This document shows, in pieces, positions 11,383 through 26,122 of a stretch of DNA of 64,000 nt (position 1 is the first letter of the stretch; each line of letters opens with the position of its first letter). Both the position numbers and the translations under genes were made by a program. The notes beneath the pieces are model-generated. The model did no database searches and was not told where the DNA came from. It saw nothing but the letters and a program-made list of their open reading frames with translations. This DNA is from Epiperipatus broadwayi. Lineage: Eukaryota; Animalia; Onychophora. The stretch spans positions 10,106,001-10,170,000 of the forward strand of contig JAQFVV010000005.1 in assembly GCA_028023455.1 (NCBI GenBank), given 5' to 3'.

Positions 11383-14300
11383 GTCCACTCATCTTTTCAC
11401 TCTAGAAAACAATCCGTTTATATAAAAAATAATCTTGCAATCTTTTTGGTTGCCATCGAATTCTGGCAAGTCAAACTATAGTAAGATTTGTTTTTTTTCT
11501 TGATCACTGGTTATATTTCCTTGATCTGACTATATAACATAGTCATTTGATTGTATAACATCTGCAAGATGTTATTGATTGTCTTGGCTATCAGTGGGCC
11601 TTCCATAATTTTGCACTGCTGAGGAGGTATTACCACAATCGTCTTTTTTATTAGAGTTCTATTTTTTATTAGATAATGGAAATTGACTGTTATTTGCATC
11701 TGAAGTTTTACTCTGATAGATCGTAGATGAATAATGTATCTCTTTATAAGTGTTTTATTATCAAATTTAGCTAATATTTGTATAATGACGCCAAGAAGCC
11801 TTTTTTTAAAAATGTCTTTAGCACAAACTAGTTCTCTGATTTTAAATTTCTCACAGTCTAAATTATTATTAGTAATTATTTTGTTTTATCTCCTAACAAC
11901 TTTGACAAGTACATGTAGCATTTTAAATGCAATTACAATTCAGCCAGTGTTTTCATTGTTGGCAACCTCCATATGAAATATGAATAAAATATCATATATT
12001 CCGCATTGTTTTCAGTTGTTGCACTGCCTTCTCAGCCAATCAATTTGATTCAGGATAATATGGTGGTGTCAAAATATAACATATTTCTTTAACATTTATA
12101 AAATTCTTTCAACTCATGTGAGGTAAAACCAATTCCATTGTTGGTTACAGGAATTTCCAAACAGTCATGACTTGCAAAGATTTCCTTTAGGGATCAAATA
12201 GTTTCTTCTACACTACTATTTTTAATAATGAGCGTATACTCTACTCATTTGGAGTGCTTATCAATTGAAATTAGAAATATTTGGCCATTCATTGAACTTG
12301 CATAATGGCATGTAATCTCTCACATGAAGACACTGTTTTTGACTATGATTCAAATATCATCAGATGCAAGTCACTGGTAGATTTGCAATAAAAAATTCTT
12401 AACTGTTTGTTAAATTTCTTGTTTCAAATTAGGCCAAAATAAATATAAGATTAAGTACCTGGATGCTTTTTGCATAGTAGACTAAGCACTCGCTTTTAAT
12501 CCTCTGATGGTATGTGTATGTGGTCTATCATCAGAATGAAATTTCAGGCACATTCCAGATAAACCTTGCAACATAGTTTGGTCAATTTTTTCACCATTCT
12601 AACCTAATCCAATTTTTTAAGGTTTTATATCCAGGGTCATTATTAGTACAATAGTAACTTTAGAACTGTTCAAAGTTTTTTACTTCATTAAATCTATGTA
12701 GTTTCTTTCTACAAACTTCTGCTGATATTCACGGATATTTATTTGGTAAATGCAATAAGGCATGGGTGTGGCTAATTTCTTTCTTTGGATTATAAAAAAA
12801 TCCATAATTATAGACTGCTACTAAATTGATTCAACAAACTAATTATTATCTGGCATATTCAAAAGTTTTCTTATTATGAATGAAAATTCCTGGGAATTGA
12901 TGATGATCTTAACAACAGGAATATGTGTCCAGATATGTATTGGTAATATTTTTTAGCAGTGAATACAACAGTCAAGACATTCTTGTTAAGCTGACTATAA
13001 TTTTTCTCAGTAACTATCACAATCCTCAATGTATGCACAATAGAACATTCTCCAAAACAGCAGTGTAGTATGATGGCTCCAATTCTATATTGTGAAGTAA
13101 TAATTTGGTCATTGCTATAATGAACAAAGAGTTGGATAGACATTAAAAAGTCTTTTGCTTTCTGAAAAGCTGAATTGTGTTTTTTACTAAAATTCATTAC
13201 TTTCTTTTATGTGGTAGTTCATAATAAGGTGTAACTAGGTGCAAATTTTCTCCAAAAAAGTTAAGTAATCTTAAGAAAATCTATAAATCTTTAACTTTCC
13301 AACATTTTGCAGTATTTTTAATAGCTCAAACATTCTGGATTAGTATATTTTCCATTTTGGTTTATAACATGGCTTAGAAACTTTATTTTCAATATAACTC
13401 AGTTATACTTTGAACTGTTAAGCCCATCTTCAACTTTGTCCAATTTCAAATAAACTTTCCACATTATATTTCTAATTCACTCTCTGAGCAGTTAATAGCA
13501 TATCATCCAAATATAAAATAAGTATTTCCATGGCTTGGGATAATGTATCAATTTTGGTTTTAAACACATTATGAGCAACCATAATCCCATGAGGTTACTT
13601 GTTGCACTTATAAAGTTCCAATGAGTAATGATAGTTAGAAGGTCTGCAGTTCTATCTTAAAATGTATTTGTTGGAAAATAGATGAATCTTTAGAAAGAAC
13701 AATGCTTTCATAAGTGATGCTAGAATTTCACACACATTTGCACAAAATATGCTTTTTTGTTGATGAGCCAACACCATTGTTCTCTACTATGGTAATTTTG
13801 TTTTAGCAAATAGAAAAGTCTAATAAAATCTGGCTATTATCTGTGTCATTAATCTTCTTGATATTTTTTTTCACTCTGCCTCTCTATAATTATAGTCTGG
13901 ATTTAACTCACATTAAACTCGTCTTTATTTCTACAGAAAAGAGCTAAATGTCCTTTTAATTTACACATACTACAATTCTTTTTTTAAAATTTTTTGTATT
14001 TATTTATACAATCATTTCCTCCCCTCCAGTAATGGGTTAAGGTATCCTTCGAATTCCAATTATTCATATGATCTGCTTGTGCTTTATTAAGAGGTATAGG
14101 AATGTTATGGACTTACGGTTAGCTTGAAATTGTAAAACATTTTCCAACTTTACTTCTTGTGCAAAAGACTTTCCCCCAGTAGTTTTATATGTCAGGTTGT
14201 AATCCATCACACCAAGTTAAAGTTGAGCCATTAATATATCACCTAAATGATAAGTAAAATGGCATTGATTTCAAATGTTCTTAATCTAAATTTTAATCCA

Positions 14301-14676
14301 AATAATGCTCATGATTTGACTGCTTTCTCATCCTAAATCTGAGACAGGCCACTCATTTAGAAGTTGCCAGCTGAAAATACTCATTCACAGTATCTTTTAA
14401 CTCTTTGTATAGAACAACATCTTGTGGTGTTTTGGGTGCAGAAAACTGTTGTAGCTACTTCAAATTTGTCATCTTCAATTCTATTTATAAGTATCTATCA
14501 CTCAAGGTGTTCTACATATAATTACCATACTGAAACATTGTTAACATAAAACTCATGAATAGTATTATTATAAGCTTCCATTATTATTGTTTATGCTACT
14601 CTGCTTGCATACATAATTTGATCAACTACTATCATTACTGCACAAATCTGCTTTAATTCTCACAAGTTGCAATAAC
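11383..14676 (-). mobile_element. Degenerate Mag-like Gypsy internal region (gag-pol), many stops and frameshifts
   Basis: Hand translation of the minus strand gives: a gag start MEAYNNTIHEFYVNNVSVW*LYVEHLE from 14581; RT LYKCNK*PHG and ILYLDD (13502-13513); integrase HPG...LFWPNL, RLHA.YAS..NGQIFL..ID, and PPYYPESN*LAEKAVQQLK (~12010-12066). Confidence 0.8.
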
Positions 14677-15287
14677 TGTCAACTTTTGTTATTATGCTTG
14701 GAACCCTGGGAGCATTTCTTCAACACTTGTCATATCACAAATATACTTTTATTAACTAAATCATAACATGCAAATTATAATTTAACAATGCAAGTTTATT
14801 GATTTGCAGTAAATATAATTAAAAAAATAAATAATAAATAAAATTCACTTTATATTTTTCAAAGTGATTAGTAAACTACCACATGAAAATAGATTATTCA
14901 CATGCATATAAATATAGTAGTCCATATATTTATGGAATACTATTTTGTTATCATTTTGTATATACAAAAACTATAACTTATATACATGACGATTTGCTTA
15001 CTATTTTTATTTAATCAGTATTTATTATTTCTGATTCATTTAACATATATCGCAGTTAGCCTACACATTAGAGTCTTGCATATTATTTTACATTTTAGTC
15101 TTCCTCTATCACATCACTGATTTGCATAAATAATTTGTATTTATTATTTAACAAGAATCATACTGAATGGTAATTTGTCTAGAGTGATCATTTTAATAAA
15201 AAGAGACAATTATAATGTATGATCTACACGAATTGCATAAATTTAAATAATTTTATTTACATTTAAAAATACATATACACACAGACA
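14677..15287 (-). repeat. Old Mag-like element: 5' LTR
   Basis: About 610-bp diverged direct repeat of 2778-3289 + 11315-11382. It begins tgtcaac and ends cagaca, and flanks the gag-pol remnant. Confidence 0.65.
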
Positions 15288-16859
15288 GTGTAAAACAGTG
15301 CTAGACCTTATATGCACACTATTTTATATTTACGCTTATAAGTACTGATAAAAGATGTTATGTTCTAATATATATATTATCCATGCATGACACATATTTT
15401 ACAGACACATGAATGCAAAAAAAAAAAATATTGTGACAATTTTCGTTAAAGCTTTGAGGAGAGATTAAAACTTTAACTTTTTAGATTCAATGGTTTGTAA
15501 TTACTTATTACTGTTATATATACATAAGATTCGAAATTTAAACCCATAACACGATACAATAAATAATTAAATATTTTCTAATCAAGCATATGCCAAAATT
15601 TACCAAGAACAAAAAAGCTTGATTGAATTACTTGGTTAAAAAGGCTGAATATTTAAATCAATCTACAATATTGTATCCAAATATGTTTTTTTGGCTTAAA
15701 TATATATAACTATGTATCTTCATGTATGTCAAAAATGATGTTTTAATTGACTTACATATATATAACTATATATCTCCATGTATGTCAAAAAATGGGCAGG
15801 ATTTTTTCCTTGTATCTCTATATTGTGTTATTTATTATATTAGTTTGTGTTAAATTGTGATTTTCGGTAATATATATTTTACTTATATTAATAAACTAGA
15901 CATTGAGTCAACATTTGATGTTTAATTTATCTGCTCATCTCATTCCATAATAAATATAAATTATTAATTTTCTTTTATCTGTTTTTTCTATTAAATATCA
16001 CTTGTCTTGAGAGTTTAAGACTACTGAGTTTGAATGTGGGATATGCTGTAGAAAACTGGAGGTGGAGGTATCTATAGGCATCCTTTTAAAGCATTTTTTC
16101 AATGAGAGTGATGTGTAAAATCCATGTGCCCTAGGCTTTATAAAAATGCTTTATTAAAGGTAAATTTTAGTGATTCTTACAGAGAGTTAAAACAAAAGAA
16201 TGTTTAGGAAATGTAAGTAATGATTATTAGTTTGATTCCCTTTTAAACAATATAGATTTTATTATTAGTGAGCCTATCTATTTAATTGGCTTCAAATAAT
16301 ATCATATGTGGATTGTGAAAGTGCCCATAAAATTGGCTTATGTGCTCCATATGTCAGGCCTGTAGTAGTTAATTTAAATAACTGAAGTAAATGTAGAAGT
16401 CACTGTATAGAAATTTATAGCACCCTGTGTAGATCTTCAATGACTTGTATAGGGTTACAAAGTAGAATGTTGCAGAGAGAATGAAATGACTGGTACTCTA
16501 CTCTAAATAATGGTGCACAATCTGCTAGGGTTTGAAACAACCCTGCTAACTAAAGTGCCCAGTATAAAAAATAATGGTGTACAATGTGGTAAGATCCAAA
16601 TTAAGTAGAGGATTTGATAAAGATGCAGATGAAAAATTAGAATGAATGATCTAGCTTAAAATATCAAGTAACAGACAAAACTAAGATATTTTACTAATAA
16701 TTTTAGTTTGTTTGTATTGAAATACATGATTTCATATTACATTTAAAGTATGTTTGTATAGATGATAGGTATAATAAATAATAGAGTAATAAAAATGTGT
16801 TGTAGTGAGAAATGATTAAGATTATGAAAATAAGTAATATGCATTATTAATTATTTAGA

Positions 16860-17150
16860 AAAGATTCAGGAAAATATATAGTGCTGGCATAACACATCGC
16901 TGATGGTATAGTTACATGTAAGAAAGATTCAGATATCTCAGAAAGATAAAAACTTGAATAGAATATGATCTGGTATTAAATCCAAGGGAGTAATTAAGTT
17001 TTTCTATTTCTAAACAATAATAAGAGCTTATTCAAAAATAACAGAGCAAGATCAGGTCATGATTTACAATGTTTATTGTACAAATATGAAACTTGAGTAA
17101 TTGAATATGATTTAGACAGAAATATGTGGTCAACCAGTGAGAATAAATCA
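16860..17150 (+). mobile_element. Possible Copia-type RT remnant
   Basis: Hand translation GKYIVLA*HIADGIVTCKK...IKSKGVIKFF loosely resembles the Copia I.IYVDDGL block. Heavily decayed. Confidence 0.25.
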
Positions 17151-18157
17151 AACTCTAATGTATATAATGGATAAGTTTGAACAAACAATGGATAGATTTT
17201 TCAATATATAATTAAAATATTTTAAAATATGGGTATAAAATCTGAAGAGGTTGATGAAAAGACAGTTTCTGATTGTTGAAAAGCTAAAAGTTTAAAAAAT
17301 AAGAAAAATAATAAAGCTTAGAATTAAATTAAGATTTAGATAAAAAGCAACAAAGCATAGATGAAAATTTAAGAAATTGAAGGAAAACATAAAAGCTCAG
17401 ATATAAAGCTTCTAAATGTTCAAAAAATACTACAGATTAAGAAAAAAAGTTAGAGATATGCAACAAAGCATTAATAAAAAGCTACAAAATATGGCTGAAG
17501 TACTTTTGACAAATGAATATATTTTCAAAGAAATGCAAAATCTAGATGATAAATTCCTTAATATGGAATGGGTAGAAGAGCTTAGAGAAGGGCTGGTATT
17601 AATAAAAATCCAAGATATCATTCATGAATATGTTGTAGAAGTTCATAAAACATTCGATTTCACAGTGAATGAGAAGTTGAGAATGGAAGGTAAAAATGTC
17701 ACTACTGCAATAGCAAAAAAAAAAAAAGACATAGAGTTACTACAAAACAACTAAACATTCACTCCAGTGTAAAAAAATTAAAATGATCATATGACAGATA
17801 CAGAAATTTTCTTGTCATTCCAATTTAGGACACTTATATTAATAAAGAAATATGTGGGAAGAAAGAATGTTTGATGCCTGGCTGAATAAGCATAGCTTAT
17901 TCTCATCAATACGATAAATGAACTAATGATTTTTATAAAAATGGATATTGTATAGAAAAGAGGATTATATGGCCCCACGAAAATTAACAATTAAAATAGA
18001 AAAATTGTGACAATATAAATCGTGTAGTGTAATTCATTAATATAATTTAAAGAAAAAAATGTTTATACTGTACTACTAATTAAATTTATATGCACTGACA
18101 TGTATTCATAAGAAAAGTTATACATTGAATGAAATAGATTCTATCAAATAGTAAAGA

Positions 18158-18201
<44 letters not shown>

Positions 18202-18244
18202 TACTACTACTACTACTATTATTATTATTATTATTATTATTATT
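18158..18244. repeat. Compound (ATT)n(ACT)n(ATT)n microsatellite
   Basis: Direct reading; the ACT block lies at about 18200-18217. Confidence 0.95.
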
Positions 18245-18889
18245 GTTTTGCACTAAATCTAAACTTTTATTTTTTTTTATTAAGGTTCATGTGTGTTGCC
18301 ATATTCTTTGAAATATTGATACAATTCCTCCTTCATTTCAAATCTTCTGGTCAAGACTACCTTTTAAAAATCATTTTATACCCGTGTGCTGCATAATTTG
18401 GCAAAGAAATATGATGACAGTCATTAAAACGTGGAGGATTATAGCTTGTTTTTTTAAAGATTTGATATAAGCAATAAAAGAAGAGTGGAAAAGATGTTGA
18501 GCAACTTTAAAAGTTAGATAGAAAATATCTAATTTACAATGCTTTTATCTTCAGATTTTTTAGAATCAATAAATTTGTTTTTATGAGAGAACATATATAT
18601 ATATATGAAAACAGCTTTAAATAACTCACGCAAAGCAAAGGTTTTCCCCGACTTGTTCATTTTATTAACTGTTAATTGATATTTTATATTTTTCACTTTT
18701 TTTTTATGTTTATTCTTTAAAATTAACTAGATGCTCATTTTTTTAAACAATAATTTGATATCTAATTTGATAGATTATGGCCACACACATTTTCTTACTT
18801 TATAAATATAATTTTTTTTCATAATCGATTTTGTTCAAAGATTTTTTTATTTATTTAGAAACAATCTTAAAAAGTGAATATAATTTCCT

Positions 18890-21202
18890 AATTAGATGAG
18901 TGATTAGTATAAAAATGTAAAAAATTAAATAATTCCTTGCTATATTTTTGACAAGTAGATTACAGATTAATTTAGTAAAACATTTATATTCTCTTTAAAA
19001 AAAAAATGGACATGGAAGCATCCAAATGAAGATACAGCAGAATTGGATTATATTTTGACTAAAAGAAAATACACATTTCAAGATTTTAATGTTCTTTATA
19101 AATTCAACACAGGAAGTGATCATTGATTAGTAAAATGTGAGATGTGTGTTAACGCAAAACTAGACAGACAAAAATTATTAAGAAAAACAATATTTACAAT
19201 TAATTTCCTTAATCTTCAGAAACATTCCAATGAATTTAAATTAGAACTTACAAATCGGTTCCAAGTATTAGTACATTTTCAACATGATTCAGATTTGAAT
19301 GAAATTAATAGGAAAATAGCTGATATACTTTTAAAAATGACAACAAAGATAGCTGGTAGAAAAAAATAGCAATTGACCAATAAAATTTCTATAGAGACTA
19401 GAGAATTTATGAAGAAATGAAAGAATATGAAGATATACAAAAATGATGCATTAAGAAGAATTGAATATCTCAAATTTTGTAAAATGGTATGAAAAAGGAT
19501 TGACAATGATATAAGAAAGTATAATTGTGAATGAGCAAGGAAATCTGTAGAAGAGAATAAAAGTCTCAAGAAAATAAAACAACATTTTGGTATTGGTAGA
19601 AAACTTTTATCTGCAATAAGAAAAAAAGATGGAACTATTGCTAAAAAGAGAGATGACATCATGAAATGGATAGAAGAGTTCTATCAAGAATTATATAGTA
19701 ATAAAGAACAAATACCTCATATATCTATTATATCTTCTGACTTGTCCAGGATTGTAAATGAAGAAGTGAGATACGCAATTAAATTTATAAAGAAGGGAAA
19801 AGCTCCAGGTAATAATGGAATTATAATCAATATATTAAAAGAAGCAGGTGAAGAAATAGAAAAAAAATTTGGCAAAGTTATTTACCAAATGTCTAAATGA
19901 TAAAGATGTACCAGATGATTTGAAGACTGCAGTATTAATATTAATATTTAAAAAGGTGATAAAGCAGATACTAGAAATTGCAGACCTATCAGCCTTTTAT
20001 CAGTTTTATACAAAATGTTTACAAAGATAATTACAACTCATCTCCAGAGAACATTGGAGTTCAATCAACCAAAAGAATCAGCTGGATTTAAAAGTGGTTT
20101 TAGTAAAATAGATCATATCCAAGTATTGAGAGAAGTTATAGAAAGGACCAATGAATATGAGTTGCATTATGCTTTGAATTTGTAGATTATAAAAAAAGAT
20201 TTGATTCTATAAGCATTTATTCAGTCATTAAAGCATTGTATCAACAACATATAGACCCAGGATATTGTCATATTCTGAAGAATATTTATAAAAATGCAGC
20301 ATCAATAATTAGATTACAATTAGGAAGGTTAACATTGAGAAGGATGTAAGTCAGAGTTACTCCATATCTCCAAAACTTTTTACAGAAGTTCTGCAAGAAG
20401 TATTTTTTGGATTAAAATGGGAAGCTAAAGAAGTAAAAGTAAATGGAGATTATTTAAGTCATTTAGATTTTGCAGATGATGTAGTTGTTTTTGCAAATAA
20501 TGCTTTAGAGCTTCAGGAAATGTTGCAAGAGTTATCAGAAAAAAGTAAGACTAAAGTAATGTTCAATGGATTTTCTCAAAAGATGAAAATAAAGATTGAT
20601 TATGATAAGTTAGAAGTTTACAACTACAAATACCTTTGTCAGATTATTACTACAGACCGGAATATAATGGATAAACTTAATCCTAGAATTAAACTTGGTT
20701 GGAGTACTTTTGGTAGAAATAAGTAATATTAAAATGAAATATGCCTATGTGTTTGAAGAGGAAGGTTTTTAATAAATGTGTGTTACCAGTTCTTACTTAT
20801 GGATCTGAGACTTGGACACTTAATAGAAGAGCAATACAAAGACTTCAGATTACTAAAAGAAGTATGAAAAGATGCATATTAAACGTAACAAGAAGAGATT
20901 GAAAATGCAATACATGGGTAAGAGAACAAACAGGTGTTACTGAGATCATTAAAAGAATTGAGACTGAAGTGGAGTTGGGTTGGACATATTGCTAGAAGAG
21001 ATGATAATAGATGGACAATTGAAATCTTAAACTGGATTCCAAGAGAACATAAAAGACCCAGAAAAACGACCACATGTAAGATGGATGGATGAAATAAGAA
21101 GTGATGTGGAGAAGAGAGTCTAAAGATCGGAGAAGATGGATTGAACTTGTAGAGACCATCATCCTGCAGTGGGTTGATAATGGTTGACAATGATGATGAT
21201 GA
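18890..21202 (+). mobile_element. 5'-truncated degenerate RTE-clade LINE
   Basis: Endonuclease C-terminus KWTWKHPNEDTAELDYIL...NTGSDH (from 19004). RT motifs KKGKAPG, NCRPISLLS and HLDFADD (FADD at 20469-20480). C-terminal W.GHIARRDDNRWT..ILNWIPR. Ends with a (TGA)n tail at 21191-21202. ORF-track fragments 19142, 19661 and 20520 are pieces of it. Confidence 0.9.
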
Positions 21203-21299
21203 ATACACTTTTTGATGACAAATAATGTATTACTAAATTATACATATTATAATACCATTATATTTAAGTGCTTTTTTTTTTCTTAAAAAAAAAAAAACT

Positions 21300-22800
21300 A
21301 AACTAATTTGTTCTATTTAATGAAGAACGAATATTTAATGAATGACTAATAAAAATTATTAATTTGTTCTATAAATATGTTTTTACTTTAAAAAAATAAG
21401 CGTAATAATAAAAGTCTCATAACTTCTAAAAAAAAATGACTTAAACGTTCCTTTTCACTAAGACATTCAAAATAAATGTATTCACCTCAAAATTTGATTT
21501 TTTGTTATTTATTTCTTTATCTTGCGGAAACCCTGTAGGGAATCGCTGGTCCAGAGGGTGAAAATTGGACAAAGGGCGACATCTAGTAGACTAAATTTGT
21601 GATTAGTTATCATCTTATAGATTTTAATTAAAGGTTGCCATAAACTTTACTAGTCTTGCTTGTTAACAAAAAATAAATAAGTAATTACTTCTTTAGGTTA
21701 CTTTAAATATGTTGATTACTTTCAAATCCTGATTTTAAAACAGTAACACTTTTCAGCATATTTATGTTTTACAATTTAAGTTATTTAAATTTAAATGTGA
21801 GCTGAAAACGTCACTTTATTGAAAATAACTTTTTTTTTTTAAATTAAACACATTTCATAAAAAAGTGTTAGTTAAAGTTTTCTATTTTATCTTATTTTAA
21901 AATAGTATTATTTTGTATTTTTATATACTGTACTTAAATCTACATACCAAAAACTGTTCTAATTTCATTAGTAAACGTAATTTAATATCAGAAATTTAAG
22001 AATTCAGTGCACTAAATTTGATCATTAGTATAGATAAGGTACTTTTATGTTTGGCTGACTAATTTTATCAATTAATTATTTCGTGGTACTATTATAAATT
22101 ACTTATTATAACAGCAATTCTTGATTCTCTATATCAATTTCAATTAGTGTACCATCCCCCTCGAAATTGTAGTTGCAGTCTGTATTAATATATATGAAAG
22201 AGTTTTTTTGCTTCTAATCAGTATGAATTTTAATAATTTTTTTAAAAGCCATTTATATTGAATTTGATTATGCTTTAATTCACATTTACTTTGTTTACTG
22301 CATTTTTTATTCACTTTTATGTTTTAAACCACTAAACATCACAAGATCACCATCTCATGCTAGCACGTAACTGTTAGTACTTTGGTTAGCACAAGGTGGC
22401 ACTACTATATGGAGAGTTTTTGCCTGTTTTTATGTTTTGTTATATTCAATAATAGAAGTATTGATTTTTTGCTTTTTTTATTAATATTTATGTTATTCGC
22501 CTTACATTAAATATGTAAAAAAAAAAAAGAAAGATTAATGTAATTTTTTTAACGCAATTCATTTTTTATACTTTTCATAATGCATTATGTGCTTGCTCTT
22601 GTTATTTTACACTAACCCAAATTGAGTCATTTCTGCTCGGAAAAATGCCTTTTTAAAAAATTATCTTTTGCAAAAAATCTTAATTCTAGCGTTAGGGCGC
22701 ATTTTATCTCAGTTAACATCGTGTTAATTCTTTTTTAAAACTAATACTGTTAATTCAAATTATTGGATGCATTTGTCAAAACCTAGATCTATTTATAAAT
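21300..22800. promoter_or_regulatory. CpG-retaining non-repetitive island, candidate promoter
   Basis: About 18 CpGs counted by eye, versus near absence in the flanking TE debris. Contains CTCF-like motifs at 21575-21587 (minus, ACTAGATGTCGCC) and 22389-22402 (plus, GCACAAGGTGGCAC). Confidence 0.35.
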
Positions 22801-25800
22801 GAACGTTAACTTTTAAGATTGGGTAATTATAGAAAAGCCATACCACTTAAGTGAGACTGGTTAAGTAGAAATATATATTTTGTGGGGATGATTAAAATTT
22901 TTCACTATATTAGTTCAATTATTTATGGAAATAAACATGAATATTAGTGACATTAATTTAAATACATTTGTTTGTAAAGGGTGCACCAATGGAAAATGCA
23001 TACAGTATTTTAAGATTATTTTCTTCAAATAACTTCTAAGCTATATGATATATTTTAACATTAAGTTTAACAAAAGTATATAATATAGAGGTCAGAGCTG
23101 ATGCACGAGTAATATATACCATTGTACAAGTTAAATTACAGTGCCCTTAGTTCCATGAACAGAGCTGACTTGAGAGGGGTGCGAGGCATAAGGTTTCACC
23201 TTTATAAAGGCTCATAACCTGCATGATCTACATCTTTTGAAAAAATCAAAAAATAAAACATTTATCACCTGCTCAGTTAGACTATCTTTTTTTTTTTGTT
23301 GCTAAAACTCTAATCTATAGGTCATACAATGAATATCATATGCAAACTAATACACTTGTAGAGGCACAGAACAAATGCAGATTTTTTAGTTATGTAAAAC
23401 ATTATACATAAATGTTTCACAATATTTTAGTCACATTAATGTGAAATCAGCATAAGTCAAGAATGATTTGCTTTATTAGCATTTTTATTTATTAAAATTT
23501 AGAATTCATTAAAAAAAAATTAAATTTAGGATGATAGTATTAACAGATTCATAATAAAACATTTAAGAAATTAAAGTATAATTTTTTGCATATGTATTTT
23601 ATTTTGTTTTCTTTGAATATAATTGCACAAAATCATATTTATAATAAATAAATATTTATACATCATAAGTCCAAATTTGTACAATTTTAATATATCTGTA
23701 TTGCAAATAAGATATTTTTTAAAAAAATATCTTTTTTATCATATGAAAAACTGTCCTCTCCCAATCACATGAAAACATTTCACTGGCTCCACTTCTTTTC
23801 AGGCCAGTTCTGTCCTTGAAATAAAATTAAGTTAATTAAAACAAAAGACTCAAAAACAAGAAAATATTTAAAAATTATAATTATTTACACTTTTATTTAC
23901 ATATTAACTTTTCTGACTTTGATGGCAACACTATAACTTGAGAAAGTTTTCATTTAGTAAATAATGATTAGTCTTTAACTAGGCCAACCCTAAACAACAT
24001 GTTAATTAATTAGTTAAAAATAATACTTGTTGGTTATAGCGTTTCTTTTGGAATTGCTCACACATAATTTTGTTTATGTTTTCTATTAACAAATCATTTT
24101 TAAAATATTTCCTACAAACAAATTTGCTTTAATTCCAAAAAAAAAAAAATCAATGGATGTCATGATAAGTGAAAATTCAGCAAGATAAAAACACTTAAGT
24201 CTAGTCTTGATAAGTATCTATTGTGATTCTGTCATCATTAATTTTTATGTCCCTACTTCGAAATAATAGTTCAAATAACAAAATCATGATTATTTGTGAG
24301 TTTATTTTTAATTTGGGATAATTTTTTTAACAATAATTGTGTAATTATTATTTAAAATCAAGAATACAAATTATTAATTATTTATTTTGAAGGTAAATCT
24401 TTTATCTTTAAAAATAGAATGTTATATTTCTGATAATGCAAATTATTCAGAAGATATTTACAAGCTGTTTGCTAACATATATTCAATGAAATCAGTAATT
24501 GTGTGCGTGAATATATTGCAACACTATAAAAAATATTTAAAAAATTTAAACTTTTAAAGTGTTTATGAAATATTAATATTTATTCATTCCCATTTTAAAA
24601 GCAAATGTCAAATAAAAAGGATTTTATTTGTTTTCTGAAAATAAAAATATTCTCTCCAGCAATGATGATGTAAGAAGTTGATTGTTTTGATTACAATGTA
24701 ATTATTTTAATATTTTTAGAAGTCAAATGTGAATAATTAGAATTTATTCATTTGTAAATAAAAATATCTATTAAATGAAATCAAATTTATTATATTCTGA
24801 TAAATAATGATTTAATTTTAAACTTAATGTTGAATATTTACAACCAGTAAAAACAATTAAAAACTGTCACCAGCAAGAGGATTAACAAAAAAGCTTTTCA
24901 AATATTTTTTCTTTAATAGAATATTTACACTACTTCATAATTTAAAGTTTTGTATGCTCATTATTTCAGTATAATAGCATAATCATGCTATAAAGACCAA
25001 TATCTAGAGTTAAAAATTTACATTATGTTTACTTAAGGTAAAAAAAATTCATACTTACATTGTCTATTCAATAAATTTTTAGAAGCCATTAATACACCAT
25101 GCACTTTCTTTTGTTTAATGATAGATTATGATAATTAAAAAAATCAAGTAATTGGTTTCTTTCATGAGAATAGATAAAGAATTGTATAGGCTTCCAGTAG
25201 AACAGTTTCAAATGATGTTGTATGGTTGTTACAATCAACATAGTGACATTAAACAATATTATTTTAATGACATGCATGCAATATTGTTTTTTAGTTTTGT
25301 TTTTCTTGGATTTGGATTGTTATGTATTTGGGTACTATTATGGATCAATTAGAAGTTTTTAGCTAGGTAATAAAGTTCATGGCAGTCAAAATCTAAGGAA
25401 AAGCAGATTAGTAAAATGTAAAAAATATCAATATTAAAGAAAAGATCCAGAGGCTTCACCAAAATCAAATCTGGGATTTCATATTTCACCATCTGACACT
25501 GTGAACACTATACTATATTGAAAACATGACAAACGAAGTTATAAATTATCACTGATAAATTTATTTACCTATTGTATGGCTATCTAACATACTATATTAT
25601 AGAATTATTATGAGTCAACATTTGTTAAATAAGCTTATTTTAAAATAAATTATTAGTAGTAATATGCCATTTTTTATATAAATTGGATGTAATAAATTGT
25701 TTTTTCTCTTCACCAATACAAATTGTAATTATAAATATGCAATTTTTTTCCACATGCATTAGTGAAGCTGTAATTATAACGCATGTGAAAAAAATCGCAT

Positions 25801-26054
25801 ATTTATAATTATAAATTAGATGTTTAAAAAGTGACATGGACATCTAAGTATTTTCATTTCTGCATAAATTTTATTAATTATTGCAGCAAAATAGTCCCCA
25901 TCTGTTTGGTGTAGCACAATAGTAGAGTGTATAATATTTCAAATAATTGAAAGTTATTCTTATATTTAAATAAAAAATGTTAGCAATCTAACAATGGAGT
26001 GATTCAGAAGTCTAAGCATTTTTATTTACATATAATTTTTTTTAATTATTGCAG

Positions 26055-26122
26055 ATTATTTGGCTCCACCATTGATGAAGTGTCTTTGTTTCCTGCACAA
26101 CCTACTCACTCACATGTAGCAG
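26055..26122 (+). other. Candidate 68-nt internal exon
   Basis: tttttaattattgcAG|attatttggctcc...catgtagcag|GTaata. More GC-rich than its flanks, with one open frame (LFGSTIDEVSLFPAQPTHSHVA). Confidence 0.3.

Noticed and set aside
18375-18410. PCAA-like hAT transposase motif
   Set aside because: Four-residue match with no supporting motifs or TIRs.
19279-21208. Hydrophobic minus-strand ORFs 19279-19662 and 20879-21208
   Set aside because: Antisense to the RTE LINE; hydrophobicity follows from T-rich codons.
25152-25352. 66-aa ORF with a transmembrane-like end
   Set aside because: Non-ATG start, T-rich composition explains the hydrophobicity, and there is no family motif.
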